Source of the DNA: Verrucomicrobiota bacterium | GTDB taxonomy: Bacteria > Verrucomicrobiota > Verrucomicrobiia > Opitutales > Coraliomargaritaceae | Length of the DNA stretch: 64,000 nt | Assembly: GCA_039815375.1 (NCBI GenBank) | Contig: JBCBZJ010000018.1 | Span: 1-64,000, forward strand | Direction: 5' to 3' | Made by a program: the position numbers and the translations under genes | Notes under the pieces: model-generated | Told to the model about the DNA's origin: nothing | Seen by the model: the letters and a program-made list of their open reading frames with translations, nothing else | Databases searched by the model: none | In this document: positions 48,267 to 58,729 of the stretch, one piece after another | Position numbering within the stretch: the first letter of the stretch is position 1 | Layout of the letters: the number at the start of each line of letters is the position of its first letter

Positions 48267-49236
48267 CGTCGGATATGGTTGTGTCGATAAGTATAATTTT
48301 GTCACCGTTACCTGTAAATGTCGATGTTCCTTCTCCGGAGGGGACGAGACGGAATGTCTCTCCGTTGCCAACCACGTCCATCGCTGTGAAAGTAGATGCA
48401 AGATTTGTGCTCCGTTTTACTGTATAGGCTTTGCCTAGCTGAGTTTCGACTTTGATTGTGAAGCCGTCTACCAGAGCAGCCGTCGGAGCAGTTGCCGGCC
48501 CTGAAACGGCCTGAAAGTCGTCGATCAGCAGCTCGCCCGCGTCGACATCGACATTGTTTGAAAGGCCGTAAACAAAAACGTCGAAGAAATCGCCTTGTGC
48601 CATTCCGAAGTCTAGAACCGAGTCAGCATTGGCACCGGTTTCGACGCCGTAGGTTCCGAGTAATGTCCAGGTAATCCCGTCTGTTGGTACGTCGTCGTAG
48701 TATATCGAGAAGACTTTCGTTGAGCTATCGAAAGAGATGCGTATGGCCGCTGCCTTTGGAAAATTGGTTTCGGGCTGGCGGGCCGAGTTAGTGACGATTG
48801 CACTGTTGAGAAAGAAGCTGGATAGGACGTCTCGAGAAGCGCCGACATAGTTGTTGTTACTAACAAAATAGGAACCATGGCGAGCATTCAGCCAAATGGT
48901 GTTAGAGCCACTAGGGTAGATTTCTATACCGATGGCCGCAAAGTCGCCACTACTTTCAGGGAAGGTTGAGTTCGCCGTTCTGAAAAAGATATCGAAATTG
49001 CTATCATAGCTTGGACTGCCCCAAGTTAGATATTGCAGGCTGAATCCTTCGTCCTCTGCCGTAAATTCCAAGCGCTGGTCCGTTTCGGTGAAAACCGCGC
49101 TACCGGTTTGGACGAGGTTGGTCCAGAGTGATGAATTCAGGCTGTTGTCGTCGAAATTGTCTTTTCCAGTAAACTGTGCGTTTAAACTGGAAGCCAACAA
49201 GGCTCCTGCAGCAAAAGACGGAAGTCGTGATTTCAT
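48235..49236 (-). CDS. secreted protein, paralog 2
   Basis: Signal peptide. Shared block FGMAQGDFFDVFVYGLSNN / VFSIYYDD. Confidence 0.55.
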   Translation of the reverse strand: MKSRLPSFAAGALLASSLNAQFTGKDNFDDNSLNSSLWTNLVQTGSAVFTETDQRLEFTAEDEGFSLQYLTWGSPSYDSNFDIFFRTANSTFPESSGDFAAIGIEIYPSGSNTIWLNARHGSYFVSNNNYVGASRDVLSSFFLNSAIVTNSARQPETNFPKAAAIRISFDSSTKVFSIYYDDVPTDGITWTLLGTYGVETGANADSVLDFGMAQGDFFDVFVYGLSNNVDVDAGELLIDDFQAVSGPATAPTAALVDGFTIKVETQLGKAYTVKRSTNLASTFTAMDVVGNGETFRLVPSGEGTSTFTGNGDKIILIDTTISDDEAFYKIVSP

Positions 49237-49304
49237 TTATTGTTATGAAAAAGCCCTGCCCGGACAGAGGCAGGGCTTACCTGATGATTCAATTGGCTAA
49301 AAGG

Positions 49305-50270
49305 TTATTTCCGACGACGAACTGCTGTAAACGCCAGCGCGAGTGCACCTGCGATCATGGCATATGAAGAAGGCTCGGGCACATTGCTGCCTATGCTGAA
49401 GTTATCAGCGTTTATGTAACCCAAACCGAGGCCGAAATCTCCGATTACAAGATTACTTGATGCAAACAGTGAGACGTCAAACTCGTCACCCTCTGCCATT
49501 CCCCAGTCCTCAACAATATCTGTCCCGGATGAAGTTCCAACACCATCGATACGAAGTGTTGCATATGGTGTGAATAATGAGCCTGTAACGGAAGAGGCAT
49601 AACTTAAAGTGAAGGTCTGGTTTAATTCAGTGAACTCGACGAGAAATGACTTGGCCGGGACGATGCTGAACACGTCGAAGTCAAGTGGCTGGGCGAAGCC
49701 GCCATTGTAGGAGAAAATGGCATCCGAAGAGGCAAACTGACCAAGTCCACCCGGGTCATCGACGTAGTAGGCGTTGTTCGACCAGCCAAAGCTGTTACCG
49801 CCTCCGCCTATCGATAGACCAATGTTTACAAACTCATCAGACACAGCGCCCGAAAGTGAGGTCACCAGTGGAAAACCTGATGAAGATGAGAAGTTAGAGG
49901 TATCAACAGACGCTGCCCAATCTGTAGAATTTGTCGGTGTTGCCGGAACGCCGGGGCCGGAACCAGTGTAGGTCAGGAAAATTGAGCTCGCACCTGTTGG
50001 CACTCCAGCCACATCAGGGCCGGGAGCTTCTGCACTGTTTGGATTTAGGCCCTGCGTGTTGAAGCTGACGTAGTCGTTTGAAGTGTCTACCGGTTCAGGT
50101 CCTGGATTGTCGATTTCTTGTGCGAAATTTGAATCAGGTGTGGTTGTGACGCTGAGTAGACTTCCGTCGAATCCTTCTGTGAAATTTTCAGTAAACACAA
50201 AGGAGTATTGTGCGACTGCCGTGGTGCTAATTCCTGCGGCAAGTATTACGTTTAGGATGCTCTTTTTCAT
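49305..50270 (-). CDS. PEP-CTERM sorting-domain protein, paralog 3
   Basis: C-terminus VPEPSSYAMIAGALALAFTAVRRRK (PEP motif, TM helix, basic tail) and an N-terminal signal peptide. Confidence 0.7.
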   Translation of the reverse strand: MKKSILNVILAAGISTTAVAQYSFVFTENFTEGFDGSLLSVTTTPDSNFAQEIDNPGPEPVDTSNDYVSFNTQGLNPNSAEAPGPDVAGVPTGASSIFLTYTGSGPGVPATPTNSTDWAASVDTSNFSSSSGFPLVTSLSGAVSDEFVNIGLSIGGGGNSFGWSNNAYYVDDPGGLGQFASSDAIFSYNGGFAQPLDFDVFSIVPAKSFLVEFTELNQTFTLSYASSVTGSLFTPYATLRIDGVGTSSGTDIVEDWGMAEGDEFDVSLFASSNLVIGDFGLGLGYINADNFSIGSNVPEPSSYAMIAGALALAFTAVRRRK

Positions 50271-50443
50271 AGTCTTATCGTCTATAAGTATCAGTTAGTG
50301 TTAAGTTGCCAAGCGCTAATGTATAAAATATTAAACATTATTTCGAAATAATGAAATAGCAAAGGCCATGCCAGCGACTAGAATCGGCTAATTTTGTTTA
50401 ATTTTATGATACATTTTATCTTTTTTGTTTTAATTTTTAAAAC

Positions 50444-50462
50444 AAATGACGATTGGTCATTT
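50444..50462. promoter_or_regulatory. perfect inverted repeat AAATGAC-gattg-GTCATTT upstream of the XRE-cupin regulator (candidate operator)
   Basis: Read directly. It lies 33 nt upstream of the ATG at 50495, within an AT-rich 220-bp intergenic region. Confidence 0.3.
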
Positions 50463-50494
50463 ACGTCATGTGATTCTATGTTTCCCTTTCGATC

Positions 50495-51046
50495 ATGCTT
50501 ATAGGCGCTAAATTAAAGAGTTATCGAAAAGCTAAAGGCTTCTCCCTTAGGGCTGTAGCGGAGTTATCCGAAGTGACGGTGGGAACTCTGTCTCAGATCG
50601 AGAACGATAAAACATCGCCTTCCGTCGGCACTTTGAAGCGGGTGCTGAAAGCACTCGATCTCTCAATGGGCCAGTTTTTCAGTGTTGTGGAAGACGGTGA
50701 TGCTTCCGGACAGGTGATTTTTAAGGCAGAAGACCGAGTCAACGTTTCCCCTCTCGATGGTTTGCGTTTGTTTGCACTGCCCAAATTCGCAGGAGAGCGG
50801 AAGATACAGATGCTTTTTGAGGTTTATGAAGTGGGTGGCAGCACCGGCAACGAGTATTACTCTCACGAGGGAGAGGAGTGCGGGGTCTGTCTTGAGGGCC
50901 TGATTGATCTCCATGTTGACGGTAAGAACCACCGCCTCGAACCTGGAGATATGTATTACTTCGATTCCACGAAGCAGCATCGCTTTACCAACGTGGGGGA
51001 AACGCAGGCTCGGGTCATCTCTGCCTGCACGCCCGCTTCTTTCTAG
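50495..51046 (+). CDS. XRE-family HTH regulator with a C-terminal cupin domain
   Basis: HTH_3 (LRAVAELSEVTVGTLSQIEN) plus a cupin_2 domain. Confidence 0.8.
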   Translation: MLIGAKLKSYRKAKGFSLRAVAELSEVTVGTLSQIENDKTSPSVGTLKRVLKALDLSMGQFFSVVEDGDASGQVIFKAEDRVNVSPLDGLRLFALPKFAGERKIQMLFEVYEVGGSTGNEYYSHEGEECGVCLEGLIDLHVDGKNHRLEPGDMYYFDSTKQHRFTNVGETQARVISACTPASF

Positions 51047-51070
51047 CTCATATGATAGGGCTCTCGCAGC

Positions 51071-51436
51071 ATGAATGATCAAGAAACTCGTCTAGAAGAG
51101 CTGAAAGAAAAGATTCTCGCTTTTGCGCGTGAGCGGGACTGGGAGCAGTTTCATTCGCCGAAAAATCTCTCGATGGCGATTGCGGCGGAAGCGGCCGAGC
51201 TGATGGAGCATTTTCTCTGGCATACACCAGAGCAATCGCATGAGGACATGAAAGCAGAGAAGCTGCGGGCAAAGGTGGAGGAGGAGATTGCTGATGTCTT
51301 TATCTTTGCTATCGAGTTCGCAAACATGACAGGAATCGACCTTTCGGCTGCAATTGAATCGAAAATGAGTAAGAACGCAGAAAAATACCCAGTCGAAAAG
51401 GCCAAGGGCCGCAGTGATAAGTATACTGAACTATAG
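51071..51436 (+). CDS. MazG-like nucleotide pyrophosphohydrolase domain protein
   Basis: EEAAELMEH...EEIADVFIF motifs of the small MazG family. Confidence 0.75.
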   Translation: MNDQETRLEELKEKILAFARERDWEQFHSPKNLSMAIAAEAAELMEHFLWHTPEQSHEDMKAEKLRAKVEEEIADVFIFAIEFANMTGIDLSAAIESKMSKNAEKYPVEKAKGRSDKYTEL

Positions 51437-51572
51437 AGATTTAGGTAATTCGCAGGGTTTTTTACTGAATTAATCGCGAAAATCTCCGTATTTTTTGAAC
51501 GTCGAAGGCCTTGTTGCGTCTATAACTACAAATACAGTTTATTCAGTAGTTTTAAAGTTTGTTGTTTGTTGA

Positions 51573-51603
51573 GCGTCGTCCTACCAAGGACGGCGCTTTT
51601 TTT
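51573..51603 (+). terminator. rho-independent terminator (GCGTCGTCC-tacca-GGACGGCGC plus T7)
   Basis: Read directly. It lies 137 nt downstream of the mazG-like gene. Confidence 0.6.
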
Positions 51604-51757
51604 GTGGTAGCTTTGTTCTATTCTCCTGCCGCTTTTTGAGTCACTTCATTGTTACGCGTTTTGCGCTCTATAATGCACCCGTGCTACCCAGTGCATGTTT
51701 CTTTCTTAAGCTGGATTAGGCCTTATCCTGAATCAGCCCTCCATTCTATCTGGAGAC

Positions 51758-52063
51758 TTAAGCTTCCTCGAAGCGTCTTTCAAAAAGTGCAGTCATTTCT
51801 TCGAGCATCCTAATGCCTTCTTCAGTCGGGCCTTCTGCTTTGACCTTGAGTTTGGAGCCCTTTCCTGCGGCCAGCATCATGAGTCCCATGATGCTCTTGC
51901 CGTTGACTTGCTCATCGTCCTTTTCGACCCAAACCTCGCCAGCATATGTGTTGGCGACGCGGACAATCATGGCAGCAGGACGGGCATGGATGCCCATCTT
52001 GTTTTGCACGACGAGTTCCTTTTGAAGGGTGTCGCTGGAGTCGCTGGTGCCGGATGCTGTCAT
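51758..52063 (-). CDS. ptsH: HPr phosphocarrier protein
   Basis: GIHARPAA His-15 motif and GKSIMGLMMLAAGKGS Ser-46 region. I trimmed the start to an internal Met to give the usual ~100-aa length. Confidence 0.75.
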   Translation of the reverse strand: MTASGTSDSSDTLQKELVVQNKMGIHARPAAMIVRVANTYAGEVWVEKDDEQVNGKSIMGLMMLAAGKGSKLKVKAEGPTEEGIRMLEEMTALFERRFEEA

Positions 52064-52214
52064 GAATTTTTTGCCTGCTAAAAAGAATTGTCCCTTATAA
52101 AGCAAGAAATAATCCATTTCCTGCCATTGGTGCGCCAATCCTGTGGGGTCTTTAAATTAAGTCGGCCAAGAAAAAGAGCGTCAAGGGGGAATCTCGTTTC
52201 CGTCCCGGCGCAGG

Positions 52215-53981
52215 CTAGGAATATTCCGGGATCAGGTCACTTTGGTGGCGCCAGAGATTCGCATAATGCCCGTCGAGCTCAATGAGTTCCTGATGATTTC
52301 CGCTTTCAATGATTTTACCCTTTTCCATGACGACGATTTTGTTGGCGCGCTGCACGGTTGAGAGGCGGTGAGCGATGACGAGAACAGTGCGGTTGGTCAT
52401 AAGCTGCTCAAGCGCCGACTGGATCTTACGCTCTGTGATGGTGTCAACGCTGGCGGTTGCCTCGTCGAGGATGACGAAAGGCGGATTTTTCAGAAGGACC
52501 CGGGCAATGGTCAGGCGCTGCTTTTCACCCTGACTGAGGCGGATGCCTTTTTCGCCAATGTTTGTGTCGAGCTGGTCAGGTAGTTCGCTGACAAACTCCC
52601 AGGCGCAGGCCTGCTCAAGTGCATAAATGATTTCGGCTTCGCTGGCGTCAGCTTTTGCGAGCTCCATGTTGTCGCGAACACTGCCCTCGAATAGGAACGG
52701 GTCCTGTGCAACATGGCCGACCGTATCATGCAGCTCGGCGAGAGGGATTTTGCGAATGTCTACTCCAGATAGCCGTAACGTGCCTTCCGTTACGTCATGA
52801 GTGCGCATAGCGAGGTTTGCAGCGGTAGATTTGCCCGCTCCGGTGTGTCCGACCAGAGCAGTGACTTGGTTTGGCTCGAGCCTGAGTTTGAAATTTTCTA
52901 ACACGGCGCTTCGCCCTGTGTATTCGAAGGACACGTCATCAAAATCGACTTGGACTGGCTCATCCGGTAGAGTTTGCGGCTCCGTCGGTTCGTCGACGTC
53001 GATCTGCGTATCCAGCACCTCGAAGACGCGCTCGCCGGATGCACGCCCTGCAGCGATCAGATGGTTTAAACCATGTAGTTGCGAGATCGGCATATAGAGC
53101 ATGTTTGCTAAAATAAAGAATGCGATAAGCTCACCCATGCTGAAGTCGGCAGTGTCTTGTAGAACAAGCCAGCCACCTAGTGCCACGATACTGAGAAAGC
53201 CCATCTTTGTGACAAGAGTGGTTGCTGGATGATAGAAGGCCCATCGATACATGGCGCGTAAGGTTTTGTCGCGCAGTGTGTTGGCGCGGACCTCGAATCG
53301 AGCGTTTTCTCGCTTTTGCAGGCCGAAGGTCTGGATCAATCGGTTGCCTTGTATGTCTTCGACGAGAAGGCTGTTGAGCTCACCGGCGCTTTCCCGAACA
53401 CCCTTCCAAATTTTACGTGAGCCTTTGGAGTAAAAGATTCCGACGAGAATTAGGATGGGGACGGGTAGAAAGACGAACCACGCTAGAAAGGGTTGCATTT
53501 GAAAGAGTGCAATGGTGATCGCGACGATGCGTATGAGGGCGCTGGTGCCTTGTTCGGTGCCGTCGAGAAGTGCGCGTTCAACCGCAGCGACGTCTTCGAT
53601 CACACGTGAGGAAATTTCGCCGCTTTTGCGTTGATCATAAAAGGAAACCGGGAGTCGTAGGAGTTTGCTGTGGAGATCGCGTCGCATTTCGAGCAGTACG
53701 CGTTGTTCCAACGTGTTGTTCACACGAATACGCAGACTATTGAAGATTTCGCTGCCGATGTAAAAAGCCGCGATAAGTGCAACACCCGAGATCAGCCCTG
53801 AGTAGCCTCGGGTTGCTTCGATCTGGTCAAAGATGTTCTTGATTTGCAGGGGAACGGCAATCTCAAGCAGCGCCACGCCTGCCGCCAATCCAATGGTTAG
53901 CCAAAATAAGGCTTTGTATCGGAACAAGTAGGCCGATACTCGGAGTATTGTGTTTTGTTTGTCTTTGGTATTCGAGCTCAC
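52215..53981 (-). CDS. ABC exporter, fused permease/ATPase (MsbA-like type I exporter)
   Basis: 6-TM N-terminal domain plus a C-terminal NBD (GHTGAGKST; LSQGEKQR; ILDEATASVD). Confidence 0.85.
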   Translation of the reverse strand: MSSNTKDKQNTILRVSAYLFRYKALFWLTIGLAAGVALLEIAVPLQIKNIFDQIEATRGYSGLISGVALIAAFYIGSEIFNSLRIRVNNTLEQRVLLEMRRDLHSKLLRLPVSFYDQRKSGEISSRVIEDVAAVERALLDGTEQGTSALIRIVAITIALFQMQPFLAWFVFLPVPILILVGIFYSKGSRKIWKGVRESAGELNSLLVEDIQGNRLIQTFGLQKRENARFEVRANTLRDKTLRAMYRWAFYHPATTLVTKMGFLSIVALGGWLVLQDTADFSMGELIAFFILANMLYMPISQLHGLNHLIAAGRASGERVFEVLDTQIDVDEPTEPQTLPDEPVQVDFDDVSFEYTGRSAVLENFKLRLEPNQVTALVGHTGAGKSTAANLAMRTHDVTEGTLRLSGVDIRKIPLAELHDTVGHVAQDPFLFEGSVRDNMELAKADASEAEIIYALEQACAWEFVSELPDQLDTNIGEKGIRLSQGEKQRLTIARVLLKNPPFVILDEATASVDTITERKIQSALEQLMTNRTVLVIAHRLSTVQRANKIVVMEKGKIIESGNHQELIELDGHYANLWRHQSDLIPEYS

Positions 53982-54124
53982 GAAAAGTCTGTCTTAGACA
54001 CAACCGAAGTCTCAGGCCTTGGAATTAGCAAATCCGAAAGAGAAAATTAGGGTTGTCAGATTTGTGTCTGAGCCGCTTTCTGGTGTGTTTTATCATTTTC
54101 ATTTTCAAAGATTTATTCGATTTC

Positions 54125-54388
54125 ATGTCTGTTCGACTCTACGTAGGAAACCTTTCTTTTGATGCCACCGGTGACGATCTCCGCGAAATTTTCTCGGAAA
54201 CTGGAACGGTGGAAGATGCAATTATCGTTACACGTGCCGGGGGTGGGCGCCCTCGAGGATTCGGTTTTGTGACAATGGCTACCGAATCGGAGGCCGACGA
54301 AGCGATTCGTCAGCTTGACGGTCAGGAAGTGGCTGGACGTGCCCTCAAGGTCAACGTTGCCAAAGAGCGTGAAGGAGCCGAGTCCTAG
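54125..54388 (+). CDS. RRM-type RNA-binding protein
   Basis: RNP2 LYVGNL and RNP1 RGFGFVTM. I trimmed the start to ATG 54125; the track used a TTG. Confidence 0.8.
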   Translation: MSVRLYVGNLSFDATGDDLREIFSETGTVEDAIIVTRAGGGRPRGFGFVTMATESEADEAIRQLDGQEVAGRALKVNVAKEREGAES

Positions 54389-54422
54389 GCTCACTCTGTT
54401 TCGACGAGGGATTTCGTAGCGG

Positions 54423-55664
54423 ATGAATGCCGTTTTGATCATTTTTGTTGTCCTGCTTTTGGCCAAGCTGGTCTCAGGCATCGTGCTCGATACGATCAAT
54501 TTAAGGCATGCGCAGGCCCAGTCTGAAGAGGTGCCTGAAGCCTTCCGCGACTTTATCGATCTGCCAGAATACCAGAAGTCGATCGAATACACTACGGCTA
54601 AGACTCGGTTTGGCATCGTAAGCGATCTATACGATGCGCTCGTTCTCGGAATAGTGTTACTTTGCGGTCTTTTAGCGTGGATCTATGGTCTCTTCTCAGG
54701 ATGGTTCGGTTATGGCGTGTGGGGGCAGGCTCTTGTGCTCTTTGTTTCCGGTCTCGTGCTTGGCTTGCCCGGACTTCCGTTCGATTGGTGGAGCACTTTT
54801 AAGCTCGAGGAACGTTTCGGCTTCAACAAGAGCAGTCTGCAACTTTGGATCGTCGATAAGATCAAAGGTCTGATGATCGCTTTCATTATCGGATATCCTT
54901 TGCTCGCGCTCCTCATCTTTTTGGTCGGTGCGGCTGGCTCGCTTTGGTGGATCTGGGGCTTTGCCATTTTTTTCGCATTTCAACTTGTTATGGTGGTCGC
55001 CTATCCGATGTTCATCATGCCGCTCTTTAATAAATTAGAGCCGATGGAAGAGGGTGATTTAAAGTCGCGACTTTTCGCGCTTGCGGACCGGACTGGTTTT
55101 AAGGCGCAGACCATTCTGGTGATGGATGGCAGTAGGCGCTCGGGACACTCGAACGCTTTTTTCTCGGGCTTTGGGCGCTTTCGTCGCATCGTTCTATTTG
55201 ATACCTTGATTGAGCAAATGGATGAACAGCAACTTGAGGCAGTGCTGGCTCATGAAATCGGCCACTACAAGCTCGGACATATCCCAAAGATGATTGCGCT
55301 TTCAGCATTAAGCTCACTTGCGATGTTTGCTGTTCTTGGGTGGTTGGCGAATGCGGGTTGGTTTACCGCGGCTTTCGGATTTACCAGTGAAGGTCAAATC
55401 GTTCCGGTTCTGCTCCTATTCATGCTCTCAAGTGGTCTACTCTCCTTCTGGCTCTCTCCATTTACCAGTCGCTGGTCACGCAAGCACGAGTATGAGGCCG
55501 ATGCCTTTGCAAGTGATGCAATGGGGGGATACCAGCCGCTTTCACAGGCGCTTCGAAAGCTTCATCGGGAGAACTTAAGTAATTTGACGCCGCACCCATT
55601 GTATAGTAGTTTTCATTATTCTCATCCTACCTTGGTAGAGCGTGAAGCAGCGCTTCGCGGATAA
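54423..55664 (+). CDS. M48 family zinc metallopeptidase (Ste24/HtpX-like), polytopic
   Basis: [10 protein letters not shown] zinc motif with a downstream Glu, and multiple TM helices. Confidence 0.85.
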   Translation: MNAVLIIFVVLLLAKLVSGIVLDTINLRHAQAQSEEVPEAFRDFIDLPEYQKSIEYTTAKTRFGIVSDLYDALVLGIVLLCGLLAWIYGLFSGWFGYGVWGQALVLFVSGLVLGLPGLPFDWWSTFKLEERFGFNKSSLQLWIVDKIKGLMIAFIIGYPLLALLIFLVGAAGSLWWIWGFAIFFAFQLVMVVAYPMFIMPLFNKLEPMEEGDLKSRLFALADRTGFKAQTILVMDGSRRSGHSNAFFSGFGRFRRIVLFDTLIEQMDEQQLEAVLAHEIGHYKLGHIPKMIALSALSSLAMFAVLGWLANAGWFTAAFGFTSEGQIVPVLLLFMLSSGLLSFWLSPFTSRWSRKHEYEADAFASDAMGGYQPLSQALRKLHRENLSNLTPHPLYSSFHYSHPTLVEREAALRG

Positions 55665-55681
55665 ATCCTAACTATATTCTC

Positions 55682-56638
55682 ATGATTATGCGGATCGCAC
55701 TGTGCTGTCTCAGCTTGTTTGGTGCTTTGTCGCTTACATCGTCCCTTTACGCTGGCGAGAGTCTTCGTGTCGCTACCTATAACTTGAATAATTACCTGGT
55801 GATGGACCGCCACGTTGATAATCGTTGGCGGCCTTCCTATCCGAAGCCTGAGAACGAAAAGGTTATTGTTCGCCAGAATATTCTTCGTCACGCCCCTGAT
55901 ATCCTGGCGCTCCAGGAGATCGGTCCGCTGGAATTTTTAGAAGAACTCCGTGCCGATCTGGCCCGTGAAGGCCTTCATTACACCTATGCGGTTCATTTAG
56001 AAGGTCCGGATCCGGACCGCCATTTGGCTCTACTTTCAAAGCTACCACCAAAGGATGTTAAGAAGCACACTGATCTGGACTTCAAATACCTCGAAGGGCG
56101 GGAGAGGGTAAAGCGAGGAATGCTTGAAGTGGCATTCGATCCCGGAAACGGAGATGTATTCAAAGTTTTTGTCGTTCATCTAAAAAGTAGATATACCGTC
56201 CATAAGGAGGACCCTGATTCCGAACTTCGCCGACTGCGTGAAGCGGAAGCCTGTCGGAATCGTATTGTCGAAAGGACACGCGAAATAGGTAAAGACCGTT
56301 TCATGGTGGTAGGTGATTTCAACGATCATCCGGATAGCGCGACCATGCGTCGATTTTACCGCCGTGGAGACCTTGATATTGGTAGTCTGTTGCCGGCTTC
56401 TGACAGTCGCGGTGATGTGTGGACTTATTATTACAAGAAACATGGACAATATTCGCTCGTCGACGGGTTCGTTCTATCTGACGAGCTGTTTAGCGATGTG
56501 AATACCGGACGTGCGCATATTGTAGACACTCCCGGAACGATGATCGGGAGTGACCACCGAATGATTTATCTGGATCTGGATCGCGGGAACAGTCTGCAGA
56601 CTGCGGGTCATGGCTCGGAATCCTCTTCAACCAATTAA
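55682..56638 (+). CDS. endonuclease/exonuclease/phosphatase (EEP) family protein, secreted
   Basis: Signal peptide. Motifs LRVATYNL...E and VVGDFN...D...SDH. Confidence 0.75.
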   Translation: MIMRIALCCLSLFGALSLTSSLYAGESLRVATYNLNNYLVMDRHVDNRWRPSYPKPENEKVIVRQNILRHAPDILALQEIGPLEFLEELRADLAREGLHYTYAVHLEGPDPDRHLALLSKLPPKDVKKHTDLDFKYLEGRERVKRGMLEVAFDPGNGDVFKVFVVHLKSRYTVHKEDPDSELRRLREAEACRNRIVERTREIGKDRFMVVGDFNDHPDSATMRRFYRRGDLDIGSLLPASDSRGDVWTYYYKKHGQYSLVDGFVLSDELFSDVNTGRAHIVDTPGTMIGSDHRMIYLDLDRGNSLQTAGHGSESSSTN

Positions 56639-56700
56639 AATATCCAGCATCGGCAGATCGTGAGTTGCCAGCTCATGTTGTCCCGGCAATGTGAAATCCA

Positions 56701-57480
56701 ATGGAGTTGGTATTTCTAGGCACAGGCACTTCTCAAGGCGTCCCTATGATCGCGCAGCCGGAGTCCGGTTGTGATTTGAACAATCCGAAGAACTGGCGCA
56801 CACGCACATCGATTCATGTTGAGATGGGTGGGCATCATATCCAAGTCGACGCCGCACCTGAGTTTCGTATGCAATGCATTAACAACGGGATTGAGCAAAT
56901 TGATACGTTCATTCTCACGCATGGCCATGCGGACCATGTGCTTGGAATGGATGACCTGCGCCGGTTCTGCGATCTGAACGGTGGTGTCGGTCTGCCTGTC
57001 TATGGAAGTGAAGAAGGTTTAAGTCGGGTCAAGGCGATCTTTCCCTATGCAATCATGGATAAGCCGATTGTAAAAGGCTATCCAGCTTTCAAGACGGCGA
57101 TCATGCCAAAGGAGCTGGAGTTGCCTGGTGGAACGGTAGAGTCCGTTTGCCTGCCGCATGGAAAGATCGAGGTGCTGGGTCTGGTATTCACCGAAGCAGA
57201 AACCGGCAAGAAGCTAACCTACTATACCGACTGCAAAGAGGTAGGCGAAGAGGCGCGGCTTATTGCGGAGGACTCGGATGTTGTCGTTCTGGATGGTTTA
57301 CGCCCACACTCACACCCCTCGCATATGACGATTGATGAAGCGACGAAGACAGCTCTGGAGATGGGCGCACAGATGTCTTTCCTCACGCATATGACCTACA
57401 TGGTAGATCATGAAACAACTGAGGCTGAGCTCCCCGGTAACATCCACCTTGCCTACGATGGCCTTCGGGTCAGCTGGTAA
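56701..57480 (+). CDS. MBL-fold metallo-hydrolase
   Basis: HxHxDH motif (LTHGHADHVLG). Confidence 0.75.
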   Translation: MELVFLGTGTSQGVPMIAQPESGCDLNNPKNWRTRTSIHVEMGGHHIQVDAAPEFRMQCINNGIEQIDTFILTHGHADHVLGMDDLRRFCDLNGGVGLPVYGSEEGLSRVKAIFPYAIMDKPIVKGYPAFKTAIMPKELELPGGTVESVCLPHGKIEVLGLVFTEAETGKKLTYYTDCKEVGEEARLIAEDSDVVVLDGLRPHSHPSHMTIDEATKTALEMGAQMSFLTHMTYMVDHETTEAELPGNIHLAYDGLRVSW

Positions 57481-57667
57481 ATAGATCAGGCATTTCGAGA
57501 GACTTCCTTCCTAATCGCTTTACCAACGCATCTACACTGCGAACCGAACAGGTAGCTAACAGATGATGGGCTAAAGAATACCTGTGCGATAAACAATGGG
57601 TTCTACACGATCAATTTTGATCGGCACAGGCCTCTACTGAAGCTGTTCTGTCACTGCACGGATTCAT

Positions 57668-58729
57668 TTAAAGCAAAACCAGATTGTCCCGATGTATGAC
57701 AGGGTGTGGCTCAGGCTTTGTGCTAAGTTGTTCCATGTCCATGTCGACAATACCCTGAGCGATGGGCTCTCCCGCTAAGTTGCAGATCTGGACGAGGTCG
57801 CCCGCGTGAAAATCGCCGGAGCTAGTGGTGATGCCTGCGGCCAAGAGACTCTTGCCGTTCCGCAGGATTGCCTTGGCAGCTCCCTCATCAACTGTGAGTG
57901 TGCCATGGGTATGGTCTTGGATCGCGATCCAGCGTTTGTGCGATTTGACCGGTTCTTCACTTGGCAGGAAATAGGTGCCAACAGATTCGCCTTCGAGGAG
58001 ACGATGGAAGAGTGTTTCATCTTTGCCGCTGCCAATGATAACTCCGCAGCCAGCACGGTGTGCAATTTTCGCAGCGGAAAGTTTACTGACCATGCCCCCA
58101 ACTGAAGTTTCTGTGTTGGTGCCCTGTGCCATTGCTTCAATTTCCGCTGTAATCGCTTCGACCTGAGGGACGACTTTGCCGCTTCCTGCCATGTCGATAA
58201 GCCCCGGGATATTCGAGAGTATAAAGAGCAAGTCCGAGTTCGTGACGCTGGCGAGGAGGGCAGAAAGCGTGTCGTTGTCGCCAAATTTAATTTCGGCTGC
58301 ACTGACGGTGTCGTTCTCGTTAACGATCGGCACGGTGCCTTTGGCCAGAAGTCGCTCGACAGTGTTGAAGACTGCATTGTGCCGATTGCGGTCACGAAGA
58401 TCCTCTCTCGTGAGCAGTATCTGTGCTACGGTTAGGCCATGCGGGTCAAAGTTCTTTTGCCACGTGTTAATTAGAATGCTCTGCCCAATCGCAGCGCAGG
58501 CTTGAAGACTCGCGAGATCTTTGGGGCGTTTCTCGAGCCCGAGTTTACCCATCCCGAGGCCGATAGCTCCCGAACTTACAAGGATTAGCTCGATGCCACG
58601 CTGACGAAGCATCGCGACCTGTCCACAGAGCACTGAAATACGATCAGTATCCAGATTTCCGATGCCGGAGGTCAGTACTCCGGTCCCTATTTTGATGACA
58701 ATTCGCTTGGCCTGTGTGAGAGGGTTCAA
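57668..58729 (-). CDS. proB: glutamate 5-kinase (with PUA domain)
   Basis: RIVIKIGTGVLT and VPIVNENDTV motifs, with a C-terminal PUA domain. Confidence 0.9.
   Translation of the reverse strand: MNPLTQAKRIVIKIGTGVLTSGIGNLDTDRISVLCGQVAMLRQRGIELILVSSGAIGLGMGKLGLEKRPKDLASLQACAAIGQSILINTWQKNFDPHGLTVAQILLTREDLRDRNRHNAVFNTVERLLAKGTVPIVNENDTVSAAEIKFGDNDTLSALLASVTNSDLLFILSNIPGLIDMAGSGKVVPQVEAITAEIEAMAQGTNTETSVGGMVSKLSAAKIAHRAGCGVIIGSGKDETLFHRLLEGESVGTYFLPSEEPVKSHKRWIAIQDHTHGTLTVDEGAAKAILRNGKSLLAAGITTSSGDFHAGDLVQICNLAGEPIAQGIVDMDMEQLSTKPEPHPVIHRDNLVLL

Noticed and set aside
57640-57665. GATCAA-tt-TTGATC palindrome between convergent MBL and proB genes as a terminator
   Set aside because: The AT-rich 6-bp stem is too weak. 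It is more likely fortuitous.
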